Origin: an uncultured Candidatus Saccharibacteria bacterium
GTDB taxonomy: Bacteria > Patescibacteriota > UBA1384 > XYA2-FULL-43-10 > 1-14-0-10-43-13
Reading direction: 5' to 3'
DNA: 57,531 nucleotides
NCBI GenBank assembly: GCA_964419835.1
Contig: CAYQPT010000001.1
Location: 10,367-67,897, forward strand
In this document: positions 47,015 to 57,193 of the stretch, in pieces
How positions within the stretch are numbered: the stretch's first letter is position 1
How the letters are laid out: each line of letters starts with the position of its first letter
The notes under the pieces: model-generated
Told to the model about the DNA's origin: nothing
What the model saw: only the letters and a program-made list of their open reading frames with translations
The model's database searches: none
Position numbers and translations under genes: made by a program

Positions 47015-48212
47015 TCCATCAGCAAACAATCTATTGGAAGTGCTACTGGAGAAGCTGGAGCTTCCCGAATCTGCGTATGAACAAGCAAAATCTCGGTATG
47101 ACGACCTGGGTAAATGGTTATGTCGAGATGAGTCTTCTTGTAACTCTAACGACCCGCATGTATTTCCCCAAGGATCTTTTAGATTAGGAACGGCTATAAT
47201 GCCACTAAACGAAAAAGAGCCTTATGATCTGGATTTGGCTTGCGAGTTATCCAAGCATATTACTAAAAGTTCTCATACTCAACAATCTGTAAAAAAACTG
47301 ATCGGTGATGAAGTCGAGGCATACCGTAAAGCAAGGGCGATAAAAGCAGATAAAGAAGAAAAACATCGGTGTTGGCGACTTGAATACGCCGACAGTATTA
47401 GTTTTCATATGGATATTGTGCCTTGTGTCCCCGAAATTAAATCGAAGCGACTTGCGATGTATGAGGCTATGGTAAAGGCGGGAGAAAATGCCGACTTCGC
47501 TACTGCTCTTTCGGATCTTACAGTGGCAATTACCGATAATCGTCATCGTGATTACAACCGTATATCTGACGATTGGGAAGTGAGTAACCCCGAAGGGTAC
47601 GCTAAATGGTTCGAATCGCGAATGAAATTATCCGAAAAGTTCATCCGGGGGAGAGAAGCGACTCTAAAAGCGGCAACGATTGACGAAATTCCTTCTTATC
47701 GTTGGAAAAGCCCTTTGCAGCTGGCTGTTCAATTGTTAAAACGCCATAGAGATCAGATGTTCGAGGATAATTCAGACGTAAAACCGATCTCGATAATTAT
47801 TACTACACTTGCCGCCAAAGCTTACCAAGGAGAAACGGATCTGGTTTCGGCACTGAATACAATACTCACCGGTATTGAGAATCTGGTTAATGACGATAAA
47901 CCGAGAATTCCCAATCCGGTAAATCCGGAAGAAGATTTCGCTGACAGATGGGAGAGGTCTGAATGCAGAGATCTGAACCTCGAAAGAAATTTTAAGCTTT
48001 GGGTAAATCAGGCCCGAAGAGATTTCGATACTTTACTGAAATCGGAAAGTCTTCCCTCTATCACCAACTGTCTGGGCAAATCATTTGCCTTTAACATTGG
48101 CATCGATACTCTTAGTAGGAAACTGGGAACATCAAACTATTCTACATCTGCGTCTTCACCCAAAGAATATAATATTACTCAGCAGACAAGCCCTTGGAGA
48201 ACGGAGGAGTAA
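47007..48212 (+). CDS. cGAS/DncV-like nucleotidyltransferase (CD-NTase, SMODS family)
   Basis: QGSFRLGTA (GS motif), YDLDL (catalytic DxD), HMDIVP (third acidic residue). 401 aa. Confidence 0.65.
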   Translation: MTNPSANNLLEVLLEKLELPESAYEQAKSRYDDLGKWLCRDESSCNSNDPHVFPQGSFRLGTAIMPLNEKEPYDLDLACELSKHITKSSHTQQSVKKLIGDEVEAYRKARAIKADKEEKHRCWRLEYADSISFHMDIVPCVPEIKSKRLAMYEAMVKAGENADFATALSDLTVAITDNRHRDYNRISDDWEVSNPEGYAKWFESRMKLSEKFIRGREATLKAATIDEIPSYRWKSPLQLAVQLLKRHRDQMFEDNSDVKPISIIITTLAAKAYQGETDLVSALNTILTGIENLVNDDKPRIPNPVNPEEDFADRWERSECRDLNLERNFKLWVNQARRDFDTLLKSESLPSITNCLGKSFAFNIGIDTLSRKLGTSNYSTSASSPKEYNITQQTSPWRTEE

Positions 48213-48893
48213 GTGTTGGACGATAGGTTGCAAGAGATGGAAGAGTTCTTAAGAGAACAGCCAGGAATGTCTATCGCTCCCTCTCGTAATCAGGCGATAA
48301 CATTAAATGGCAAGTTCTCTTTTTCCGCTTCACCCGAAGGATTTTCCAGAATCGAGGATCATTATAATATAGAGATTGAAATACCACACAATTTCCCATC
48401 CGATATTCCAATTGTCAGAGGCCTCGATGATAAAGTAAAAGATGGGGGCAACAATCACCTAAATGAAGTACTCGTCTTATGCTTAGGGTCTCCTTTGAAA
48501 CTGAAGATGATAATATCCGAAGATCCTACCTTTCAAGGATTTATTGAAAATTGTTTGCTTCCGTATTTATATGGAGTGTCTTACAAAAAGTTGCACGGAG
48601 AATTTCCTTTCGGTGAACTAAGACACGGGCCGAAGGGGGTCATTGATGAATACCAGGTTCTTCTGGGCCTATCAAGCCCCGATCAAGTCTTAATGGCCAT
48701 CAAACAGCTCGGGATGCGCGATAGAGTCGCCAATAAGGAACCCTGCCCTTGTAAATGCGGACACAGGCTCGGCAAATGCGATTTCCGCAATAAGCTCAAT
48801 AAAATGCGTCAATTCGGAAGCAGGGCTTGGTTTCGGTCGAATGCGACAGGTCTGTCAATATCCGATAAGGATTATAAGAAGCTGAAGGCTTAA
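48213..48893 (+). CDS. prokaryotic E2/UBC-like protein (Cap2-short-like) with C-terminal SEC-C-type zinc knuckle
   Basis: YNIEIEIPHNFPSDIPIV ... NHLNEVLVLCLGSP (E2-like flap plus Cys). C-terminal CPCKCGHRLGKC. Starts 1 nt after the CD-NTase stop (GTG). Confidence 0.5.
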   Translation: MLDDRLQEMEEFLREQPGMSIAPSRNQAITLNGKFSFSASPEGFSRIEDHYNIEIEIPHNFPSDIPIVRGLDDKVKDGGNNHLNEVLVLCLGSPLKLKMIISEDPTFQGFIENCLLPYLYGVSYKKLHGEFPFGELRHGPKGVIDEYQVLLGLSSPDQVLMAIKQLGMRDRVANKEPCPCKCGHRLGKCDFRNKLNKMRQFGSRAWFRSNATGLSISDKDYKKLKA

Positions 48894-48923
48894 TTTTTTT
48901 AAGACTATGATAAAATATTTATA

Positions 48924-49247
48924 ATGAAAGAGCTACCTCAACTAAACAAATTGGAACTAACACAATGGAAGGAAAAGATATTAGGAGAAAGAAGCAATAA
49001 GTTTCCTGACGCTTTTTTCTTGGAACAGTTATTCGACGAGCGTTCGGTCTTATCCAAAGCCAGTATGCTATCCGAAAGAATCGAAGGGCTAATTAGAAAA
49101 ATGCCTCCAGCTAAGACCTCTAATGAGATGAAGGCAATGTGGCCTAAGATTCTATCTTATCTGCAAGACGAGGGATATATAGACGAAAAGCTATACGAAG
49201 AAGAAACCGAGAAGTGCAGCCAGCTGATTATAGGTCGAGATTACTAG
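48924..49247 (+). CDS. hypothetical small protein (107 aa)
   Basis: ORF only. Confidence 0.4.
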   Translation: MKELPQLNKLELTQWKEKILGERSNKFPDAFFLEQLFDERSVLSKASMLSERIEGLIRKMPPAKTSNEMKAMWPKILSYLQDEGYIDEKLYEEETEKCSQLIIGRDY

Positions 49248-49455
49248 CCTTGAGATTGCAAATTAACCTCACTGCCCATTGACTTTTGAGCTATAATATG
49301 ATATTATATTAAACGATACTTTGACAACTTGCTTCCTTGGAGCCTCCTTGGTTATCTTTTCTTAAGATAATTAAAGAGGTTTCAAGGACGACCCATTCTG
49401 TGAAAACAAGAATGGGCGAGCTGGCGAGCATTATACGCAAAGGAGGGTGATAGCT

Positions 49456-50121
49456 GTGGAACAGACTACACCTCGTAGCGCAACAAGAGGACAACTCAGA
49501 GAACTGAAGAAGCAATTGTGTGAAGCAGTCGATGAGTTGGGACTGACCTTCGAGCAAGGCAAGGTCCTGCTCAGCAAGGGCGGTGCATTCAAGGGCAAGA
49601 TCAAGGACGACGCCAGACAGCTTCTGTCTTCAGATCTGCTTGAGTTCGTCGCGACAGCGACGCTCGACCCTATCGATCGCTTCTCGGTGGCAGAAGTCAT
49701 CAAGAACGGCAAGATTGGCGACGTTAAGTTCTGGTTCGGCAGCAACTTCCAGCGCGTTTTCGGCTCGCTGGAAGAGACGGACATTCCCGCCACGACGCTG
49801 AAGTTCCATCGGCTCAAGAATGGCTCGGTTGACGGTCCGATCCTGGAAGATCTCGGTGGCGCAAAGCAGATCAAGGCTTTCGTCGCCTACATCTTCTCGC
49901 TCTGCTGCCGCCAGGGACAGGGTCAGGAAGGCGTCTTGCTTACCAACGGGTATGCGAACATCTTCTACATCCCTGACCCCAACGATCCCGAGACTTACTG
50001 GGCGGTCAGCTGCAGCTGGAATTCCTCGTACGGCCGGTGGTACGTCGGAGCCGATCCGGTTACGTATCTGGACAAGTGGCGCGCTGGCCGCCAGGTCGTC
50101 TCCTGCGATTCTGGTTCTTAG
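49456..50121 (+). CDS. DGR variable (target) protein, C-terminal CLec/DUF1566-like variable region
   Basis: VR occupies the last 39 codons. The GTG at 49456 sits 8 nt after AGGAGG (the ORF-track start 49447 overlaps the RBS). Markedly GC-rich. Confidence 0.8.
   Translation: MEQTTPRSATRGQLRELKKQLCEAVDELGLTFEQGKVLLSKGGAFKGKIKDDARQLLSSDLLEFVATATLDPIDRFSVAEVIKNGKIGDVKFWFGSNFQRVFGSLEETDIPATTLKFHRLKNGSVDGPILEDLGGAKQIKAFVAYIFSLCCRQGQGQEGVLLTNGYANIFYIPDPNDPETYWAVSCSWNSSYGRWYVGADPVTYLDKWRAGRQVVSCDSGS
49995..50111 (+). repeat. DGR variable repeat (VR)
   Basis: 117 bp aligned to TR at constant offset 475. 15 of 16 mismatches fall at TR adenines. Confidence 0.9.
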
Positions 50122-50164
50122 TTACTCTGGTCTTTGACCTGAGAACTTTGAACCTTTGTCTCTT

Positions 50165-50179
50165 CCGCCCGAAGGGCGG
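50165..50179 (+). promoter_or_regulatory. GC hairpin downstream of VR (DGR target-recognition hairpin candidate)
   Basis: CCGCCC-GAA-GGGCGG. Confidence 0.5.
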
Positions 50180-50469
50180 TCGATATATCCCGGGGCTTCT
50201 CGATACTCTCAAAAAGAGTGTTGGGAAGTCCTTTTCTTTATGTTAAAATAGCAAAGGTATCGCGAAGTGCAACGGCTACGGCTTTTGCCCGCGATCCTTT
50301 GTCTTTATATTCCCTGAGTTGCTTCGGGTACGCCTTAAGTAAGAGTGGTTATAAAGATTAAAAACAATGAAATGAATCGGTGCTGACCGTTAAGAGACTT
50401 TGAGGTCTCAAATAAAATACAGCTCTAAGAGAGATCAAGGGGCAGTGATTATGGATGGCGGGCAGTACA

Positions 50470-50586
50470 TTACTGGGCGGTCAACTGCAACTGGAATTCC
50501 TCGAACGGCAAGTGGAACGTCGAAGCCAATCCGGTTACGAATCTGAACAAGTGGAACGCTGACAACCAGGTCGTCTCCTGCGACTC
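50470..50586 (+). repeat. DGR template repeat (TR)
   Basis: Rich in AAC/AAT codons. Encodes YWAVNCNWNSSNGKWNVEANPVTNLNKWNADNQVVSCD in the VR frame. Confidence 0.9.
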
Positions 50587-50986
50587 ATTTCTTTTCTTCC
50601 GTTTTTACGGAAGTTTTTGTTATGAGGCCTTTCCGCCAGCCGCCGATCATTCTGTCGATCTCTTCTATTTCCTGGCCCATGACAATAAATTGCTTGGATG
50701 GGATAAGCTTTAACTCCCAACTAAGCTGAATAAAAAATCTCAGTGAATCGACAGTTAATAAAGATTGTCCAAGTAGAGATATCTTTACCTCAATCGGTGA
50801 AAATGAGGCCTTTTGCAAAATATCTAATAGATCAGTGAATAGAAAATCGACTTTCTGGCCCAACCCAAAGCGTTCGCTTTTTGGCAAATTTCGTTCTATA
50901 ATAATCCAGCGCTTGTACGCGCTTTTTAGATGCTCAATAACAGGTGGGAAATTTGATTTAGTTTGTTGGTTAGGAATATTGCTCAT
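50585..50986 (-). CDS. avd: Avd-like four-helix-bundle accessory protein (opposite strand to TR and RT)
   Basis: 133 aa. ...LPKSERFGLGQKVD...SLLTVDSLR...L...EEIDRMIGGWRK pattern typical of Avd/23S-IVS proteins. Confidence 0.65.
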   Translation of the reverse strand: MSNIPNQQTKSNFPPVIEHLKSAYKRWIIIERNLPKSERFGLGQKVDFLFTDLLDILQKASFSPIEVKISLLGQSLLTVDSLRFFIQLSWELKLIPSKQFIVMGQEIEEIDRMIGGWRKGLITKTSVKTEEKK

Positions 50987-52069
<1,083 letters not shown>

Positions 52070-52126
52070 TCAATCAAATTAATAGTTCAGTATACCGAAG
52101 TCTCGGCGTAATGGTCAAAAAAGCTT

Positions 52127-53320
52127 TTACTCAAATCGTAAAACATCAAGCGAATTTACCTTGGCCGCTCGCTTGGCTGGATATAGTCCGGTTAAGAACC
52201 CTATTAGCAGGGATATGATAACGATGGCAATTATAAAACTCGTTGGAGAATAGAAAACTGTAACTGCCTCGCCGCCCATGCTTCTGGCGTAATGATTTAA
52301 GACAAGATTAACAACTTCGCCGACTCCGATTCCCAACAGCAGTCCCAACATGCCGCCGGCAAATCCCAGCATTATCGATTCGGTGAGAAAAACTTTGTTT
52401 ATGTCCTTTTTTCTCATGCCGAGCATTTTCATTAGGGCTATCTCTTTGATTCTCTCAAGAAGCGAAATCGTTAAAGTGTTGAACATCCCCAAAATCGCTA
52501 CGATCAAAGTTACTAATCCAAATGCGGCCAAAATGGCTCTAAAAATACCGAAGACCGAATTTATCTGAGAAACGGTATCACCGACATATTGGGTCTTTAG
52601 GCCCATATTTTCAATTTGCTTTCTGATTTCAGGAACGACGTTTTTATTAGCAACCTCTATTTTGAATTGGCTGTAACTGCTAACTCCAAGCTTACGAAGA
52701 TTGTCGTAATCAGCATATACTTTTGGAGACGAGTCATCATTGATTATCCCGACCACTTTAAACTCCTGATCTGGTACCTCTAAATTATCTGTATTGCCGA
52801 TTAAGTCCTTCGGAACCACGAGATCAAAGTTTGCGTTTTGATCTAAAATATCTGTTTTGTTATTCGAGTTCCAGAAATTTAAAAAGGCGGAATTGACAAG
52901 GACTTCGCCGGCTTTTCCGGAAAGATTGTTTCCTTTGTATATTTTTATACCTGACTTATCCAAAAAGCCATTGCTGACACCATAAAATGAGACATCCATT
53001 GATTTATCGTTAATCTTTGCCTTAGCTCCTATTGAAGCCATGCTGTAAATTTCTTTTACGTTTCCCAACTCTTTTATACTTGAAGCGGTTGAGTCGGTCA
53101 AAGTTATGATTTCTGAATTGCCGGTGCCGACATCGATCAACGAAAAGGCATCGCCATTGGTAACTTCATTTGTAACTAGCCGTTCGATTCCAAAGGCAAA
53201 AGAAACCAGAAAGACAATAGCGGAGACACCAATTATTACACCGAGCAAAGTCAATATCGCTCTCAAACGATGGAGTTTGAGATTTCTAAAAGCAAATTTC
53301 AAAACAAACATTCTATCCAT
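52127..53320 (-). CDS. ABC transporter permease, FtsX/MacB-like
   Basis: N-terminal TM, large periplasmic loop, three C-terminal TM helices. Overlaps the ATPase gene by 8 bp. Confidence 0.8.
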   Translation of the reverse strand: MDRMFVLKFAFRNLKLHRLRAILTLLGVIIGVSAIVFLVSFAFGIERLVTNEVTNGDAFSLIDVGTGNSEIITLTDSTASSIKELGNVKEIYSMASIGAKAKINDKSMDVSFYGVSNGFLDKSGIKIYKGNNLSGKAGEVLVNSAFLNFWNSNNKTDILDQNANFDLVVPKDLIGNTDNLEVPDQEFKVVGIINDDSSPKVYADYDNLRKLGVSSYSQFKIEVANKNVVPEIRKQIENMGLKTQYVGDTVSQINSVFGIFRAILAAFGLVTLIVAILGMFNTLTISLLERIKEIALMKMLGMRKKDINKVFLTESIMLGFAGGMLGLLLGIGVGEVVNLVLNHYARSMGGEAVTVFYSPTSFIIAIVIISLLIGFLTGLYPAKRAAKVNSLDVLRFE

Positions 53321-54035
53321 GGCTTACCTCTTTTATGATGTTTCCGTCCTTCATTTCAATTCGTTTTGTTCCCATATCCCAATACGCCTGATTGTGAGTA
53401 ACCAAAAGAATCGTCTTTTTATACTGAATATTTAACGTGTGAAATAGAGACATTATCTCATCGGACGAGGTGCTATCAAGATTGCCGGTCGGTTCATCAG
53501 CAATTATTATATGTGGATTGGAAATTAAAGCTCGGGCGAAACCGATTTTCTGCTGTTCTCCTCCTGACAGCTGAGAAGGATTTTGGGTCGCCAATTTATC
53601 AATCTTTAACTCTCTAAGCAGGTCCATTGCCTTTTCTACTGCTTTTTTAGCTCTTGCCCCCTCGATAATCAAAGGCATGGCTACATTTTCAACTACATTT
53701 AGTGACTTTATCCAGTATGCCATTTGGTAGATAATGCCCATTTTCTTCGATCTGAAAATCCCTCTTTCATCTTCAGTCATATTAAAAATATTTCTGTCTC
53801 TCACAATCACAGTACCACTAGTCGGTTCATCTGCTCCGGCAATGATATTTAATAGTGTTGATTTGCCGCAGCCGGATGGTCCAAATATGACCAGAAAATC
53901 CTGGCTTTTAATATCCAAATTAATATTGGATAACGCTTGAATTTTTCTTTTACCCAAATCAAAAACCTTACTTACATTTTCCGTAGTAATCACACTTTGA
54001 TGATGCGGTATGTTAATAATATTATCAGGTTCCAT
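53313..54035 (-). CDS. ABC transporter ATP-binding protein (MacB/LolD-type)
   Basis: GPSGCGKSTLLN, LSGGEQQKIGFARAL, IIIADEPTGNLD. Confidence 0.9.
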   Translation of the reverse strand: MEPDNIINIPHHQSVITTENVSKVFDLGKRKIQALSNINLDIKSQDFLVIFGPSGCGKSTLLNIIAGADEPTSGTVIVRDRNIFNMTEDERGIFRSKKMGIIYQMAYWIKSLNVVENVAMPLIIEGARAKKAVEKAMDLLRELKIDKLATQNPSQLSGGEQQKIGFARALISNPHIIIADEPTGNLDSTSSDEIMSLFHTLNIQYKKTILLVTHNQAYWDMGTKRIEMKDGNIIKEVSHG

Positions 54036-54044
54036 TTTGTTCCT

Positions 54045-57000
54045 TTACTTTATCCATTTGCCCATCCACCCGAAGATATTCTGCATAGTGTTTAGGATGA
54101 TCTGTAAAGCCGATTTAGACACTTCGCCTGAAATCACCGTATTGTCTCCGCTTCTGGACATATTGCCTGCCCTGTCTGACGTTAAAATTCTAAGGTGATA
54201 AGGTTTTCCCGGGTCCAGGTCTGAAATGATGACCAAATGGCGATTCGTGAATGTTTCATCGAGAGTGGTTTTTCTAGTATACTCTTCGCCGGAAAGTCCG
54301 GTATCGTATTCAATCTGAGAATTAGCTGGCTCATCGGTTTTCCATGAAATCGCCACTTGCGCCTTATCGGTTGAATTTCCTATATTGGATGCTTCGATAA
54401 TAATATCGGAAATCCTAGGAGGCCTTGTATCAACCGGAGTGTCGAACGTTACCTTATCTGATTCGGCAATATTACCGAATTGATCTCTGCCTGAGGCATA
54501 AACCGTGTATTTGCTCTGATCGGCAAGATCGGAGATAGTAATTTCGTGATCGGTTATTAAATCAGATGTCGATTGCTCGTGGAAATTTACCCCATCGGTT
54601 GAGAATTTAACGATCGAACTAGTCGGCACATTCGTCTGCCAGGTGATTTTTAAGGTTGTTGAGGGCGCTTCTTTGTCTGGCTGGATACCAAATTTCGAGA
54701 TCGCCGGCATTGGCAAGGTGCTGAAAGAATTTTCAGATCGCAGTTCATTGCCATCAGCGTCATCGCCGACAACTCTAAAGTAATACATCTGTCCCGGTTT
54801 TAAGCTGGAAAGAGCGATGCTGTGATTTGTGGTGGCGCTGGTTGAATCTTCGCTAATAACGCTTCCAAAATCAGCTGTCTCGCCATAATACAGGGTAAAG
54901 TTGGCAATCGCTGTACTCTTGAAATTCACAATTGCCGATTGCTGCGTGATATTGGAAATATTTAAGTCATATACGCTTGGTGTATTGGCGGTAGTAAATT
55001 TGATCTCGTCGCCGGTTAAAGTGTTACCGTCAATATCGGTGGAGCGAATACTGTAAACATAGTCGCGTTGCGAGCGCAATCCTACTACTGTAACTTCATG
55101 GTCGGTCGTTTGCTCTGTTTGCCCCTGTTCGGAAACAAAGGTATTGCCTTCTTTGATTTGCACAAAAGAACTGCAAGCGCGATCAGTTGCCCAGCGCACG
55201 ACCAAAGAAGTCGGCTTAACTTCAATTGTCGGCCCGCTTACCAATTTTGGTGCTGTGGTAAATCTTCCGGTTGGTGTGACTGAAACTGTGCTTGAGTTTG
55301 CCGAGGAATTGCCTATACTATCCTTTGCTTTGGTGTAGTAATAATATGCTTTGGATTCCAAACCGCCGTCAGCATAAATTGTGCTGGTAGTTGAGCCGAT
55401 TTTTGAAAAACTTGACCCATCAAGAGAGCGATATACATCATAGCCGGCAAAACCGGTGCCTTTATCAGTTGGCTCCGTCCATTTGACTGCAACAGCGTAA
55501 TCTTTAGTATCACGATCAGAGATATCATAGGCCTGAATTCCGCCAGGAATCCCTGGTGCTACAACGTTGGCGGTAAAGTTGACTTTAGCGCATCCATCCA
55601 CTACCGGATTGCCGGAGATGTTATTGCAGCTGCCGAAATCGTAATTGCCGGCGTTATCTTTGGCGACGATATAAAAGGTATTTTCTTGTTGTGTGGCATA
55701 TGGGCCGGAAGCAAGTGAAGTGTCGGTTGTGTAGCTGGAGTTTCCGGCTGTCGGAATAGCGTTTATTGAATAATAATAACCGGCGATTTCACCCGGAGGC
55801 GCAGTCCAGGAAAAGGCAAAAGCATTTGATGTTGAACTGGTCGGAGTAACTGTCAGGTCTCTTGGCGCCGACGGAGCTGAATTGTTGAAATAGAAATTCG
55901 TTCTAACTGATGAACTGGTATTGCCGGCATTATCGATTGCTTGCAGATCAAAAGTGTTAATGCTTTGAGTGGCGATATCAGATAGTGATATATCCGGCGT
56001 TGTGGCATCCCCTGTGACATTATGCCAGCTAGCTTCACCATTTATCTTGTATTGGTATTTAGCCAAGCCCGATCCGCCGGTATCCGAAGCGGCAGAAGCC
56101 CCGCTAATCGGCCAGGAAAAAGTAAAGGTGTTCGTTCGGCTGTAACCGGAAGGAGAAACCGAAACATAAGTCGGCGCGGTTGGAGCGGCGCTCTCATATT
56201 TATAAGTAAATAAAGTAACGGGATCCGAAATGTTTCCAGATGTATCTTTTGTTTTTATTCTAAGATAATATGTACCATAGCTGGTTCCGAGATCGGTTGA
56301 AGTAAAATCAAGGTTCGTCTGATAATTTGACGGATCGGCTGAATTGTTCTGGCCGAAATAAACATAATATCCTGCCACACCTGATGGAGTAATGCCGTTG
56401 GCGTTATCGCTTGGCGTTGACCATGAAAAATACGGAGCATGGAAATTATACCAAGTATCTGTTGAGAGGATTGTTCCGCCGGAGACATTTCTGACCGTTA
56501 CGCTGCTTGGATTGTCCGGTGGCAAAAGATCAGGATTGTATCCTGGTGCCGATACGCCGGAAAAATTAATCCAGCCCAAATCATTACTCCAGGCATAACC
56601 GGAAAAGTTGCCGGAAGCGATAACAACATTAGAACCATTAGGACTAGCGTTAAAATCGACATATGTTCCGTTTAAAAACTTTGCTTTACCGGAAAGGTGT
56701 CCGTTGACATCGGCTACTACCGGCCCTTGTGGATTGTCTGCATTGCTTCCAAAATCTATCCAGCCCAAGTCATCACTCCAGGCATAACCCGACATTTGTC
56801 TGGTGTAGTTGTCAATCGTTACATTGGTATGGTTAGTGACTGAATCGAAGTAGATATTATGGCCGGTGTTCACCACAGTCGCGGTGCTTGAAGCCAAAAT
56901 TGGTACCGTGCTGCCGGTTGCGTGTGTTTGTGTCGGAGAAGCCGTAGATAGAAGCGCAATCATTGCTCCCGCAAAAATACCAAGAACCGAAAAATGCACA

Positions 57001-57146
57001 TGCCGATGATACGGATGCAAGTGCCACCTATAGTACCACTTAAATTTCATTCTAAGCTTATTGTGCAAAGGTGAAAAATGCCGAGACAATGTCCGGGTGC
57101 TTTTGTGGATTTTCCCTAATTCTTTTTCAATATCGCTTGACATCAT
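54045..57146 (-). CDS. large secreted protein with multiple FN3/PAP-N-like repeats
   Basis: N-terminal TM/signal region. Repeated ...W..P....GY.VYRS... and ...V.W.T.....S.V.Y... modules. C-terminus is ...NIFGWMGKWIK. Confidence 0.7.
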   Translation of the reverse strand: MMSSDIEKELGKIHKSTRTLSRHFSPLHNKLRMKFKWYYRWHLHPYHRHVHFSVLGIFAGAMIALLSTASPTQTHATGSTVPILASSTATVVNTGHNIYFDSVTNHTNVTIDNYTRQMSGYAWSDDLGWIDFGSNADNPQGPVVADVNGHLSGKAKFLNGTYVDFNASPNGSNVVIASGNFSGYAWSNDLGWINFSGVSAPGYNPDLLPPDNPSSVTVRNVSGGTILSTDTWYNFHAPYFSWSTPSDNANGITPSGVAGYYVYFGQNNSADPSNYQTNLDFTSTDLGTSYGTYYLRIKTKDTSGNISDPVTLFTYKYESAAPTAPTYVSVSPSGYSRTNTFTFSWPISGASAASDTGGSGLAKYQYKINGEASWHNVTGDATTPDISLSDIATQSINTFDLQAIDNAGNTSSSVRTNFYFNNSAPSAPRDLTVTPTSSTSNAFAFSWTAPPGEIAGYYYSINAIPTAGNSSYTTDTSLASGPYATQQENTFYIVAKDNAGNYDFGSCNNISGNPVVDGCAKVNFTANVVAPGIPGGIQAYDISDRDTKDYAVAVKWTEPTDKGTGFAGYDVYRSLDGSSFSKIGSTTSTIYADGGLESKAYYYYTKAKDSIGNSSANSSTVSVTPTGRFTTAPKLVSGPTIEVKPTSLVVRWATDRACSSFVQIKEGNTFVSEQGQTEQTTDHEVTVVGLRSQRDYVYSIRSTDIDGNTLTGDEIKFTTANTPSVYDLNISNITQQSAIVNFKSTAIANFTLYYGETADFGSVISEDSTSATTNHSIALSSLKPGQMYYFRVVGDDADGNELRSENSFSTLPMPAISKFGIQPDKEAPSTTLKITWQTNVPTSSIVKFSTDGVNFHEQSTSDLITDHEITISDLADQSKYTVYASGRDQFGNIAESDKVTFDTPVDTRPPRISDIIIEASNIGNSTDKAQVAISWKTDEPANSQIEYDTGLSGEEYTRKTTLDETFTNRHLVIISDLDPGKPYHLRILTSDRAGNMSRSGDNTVISGEVSKSALQIILNTMQNIFGWMGKWIK

Positions 57147-57193
57147 TTACCTTCTTTTATTTTCACCATTTCCATCGATTACCTCGCATGTTA

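Noticed and set aside
49431-50246. Long ORFs overlapping the DGR target gene in other frames and strands (49431-49874 minus, 49583-49801, 49820-50137, 50037-50246)
   Set aside because: They are Arg/Ser/Ala-rich shadow ORFs, as expected in a GC-rich segment. None has an RBS. The frame carrying VR in register with TR codons is the real one.
50963-50986. TTG start at 50963 for the RT, which would overlap avd by 24 nt
   Set aside because: The ATG at 50987 gives the N-terminus typical of these RTs (MYEEIISIDNLLIAW). The extension is possible but unsupported, and it is kept as an alternative.
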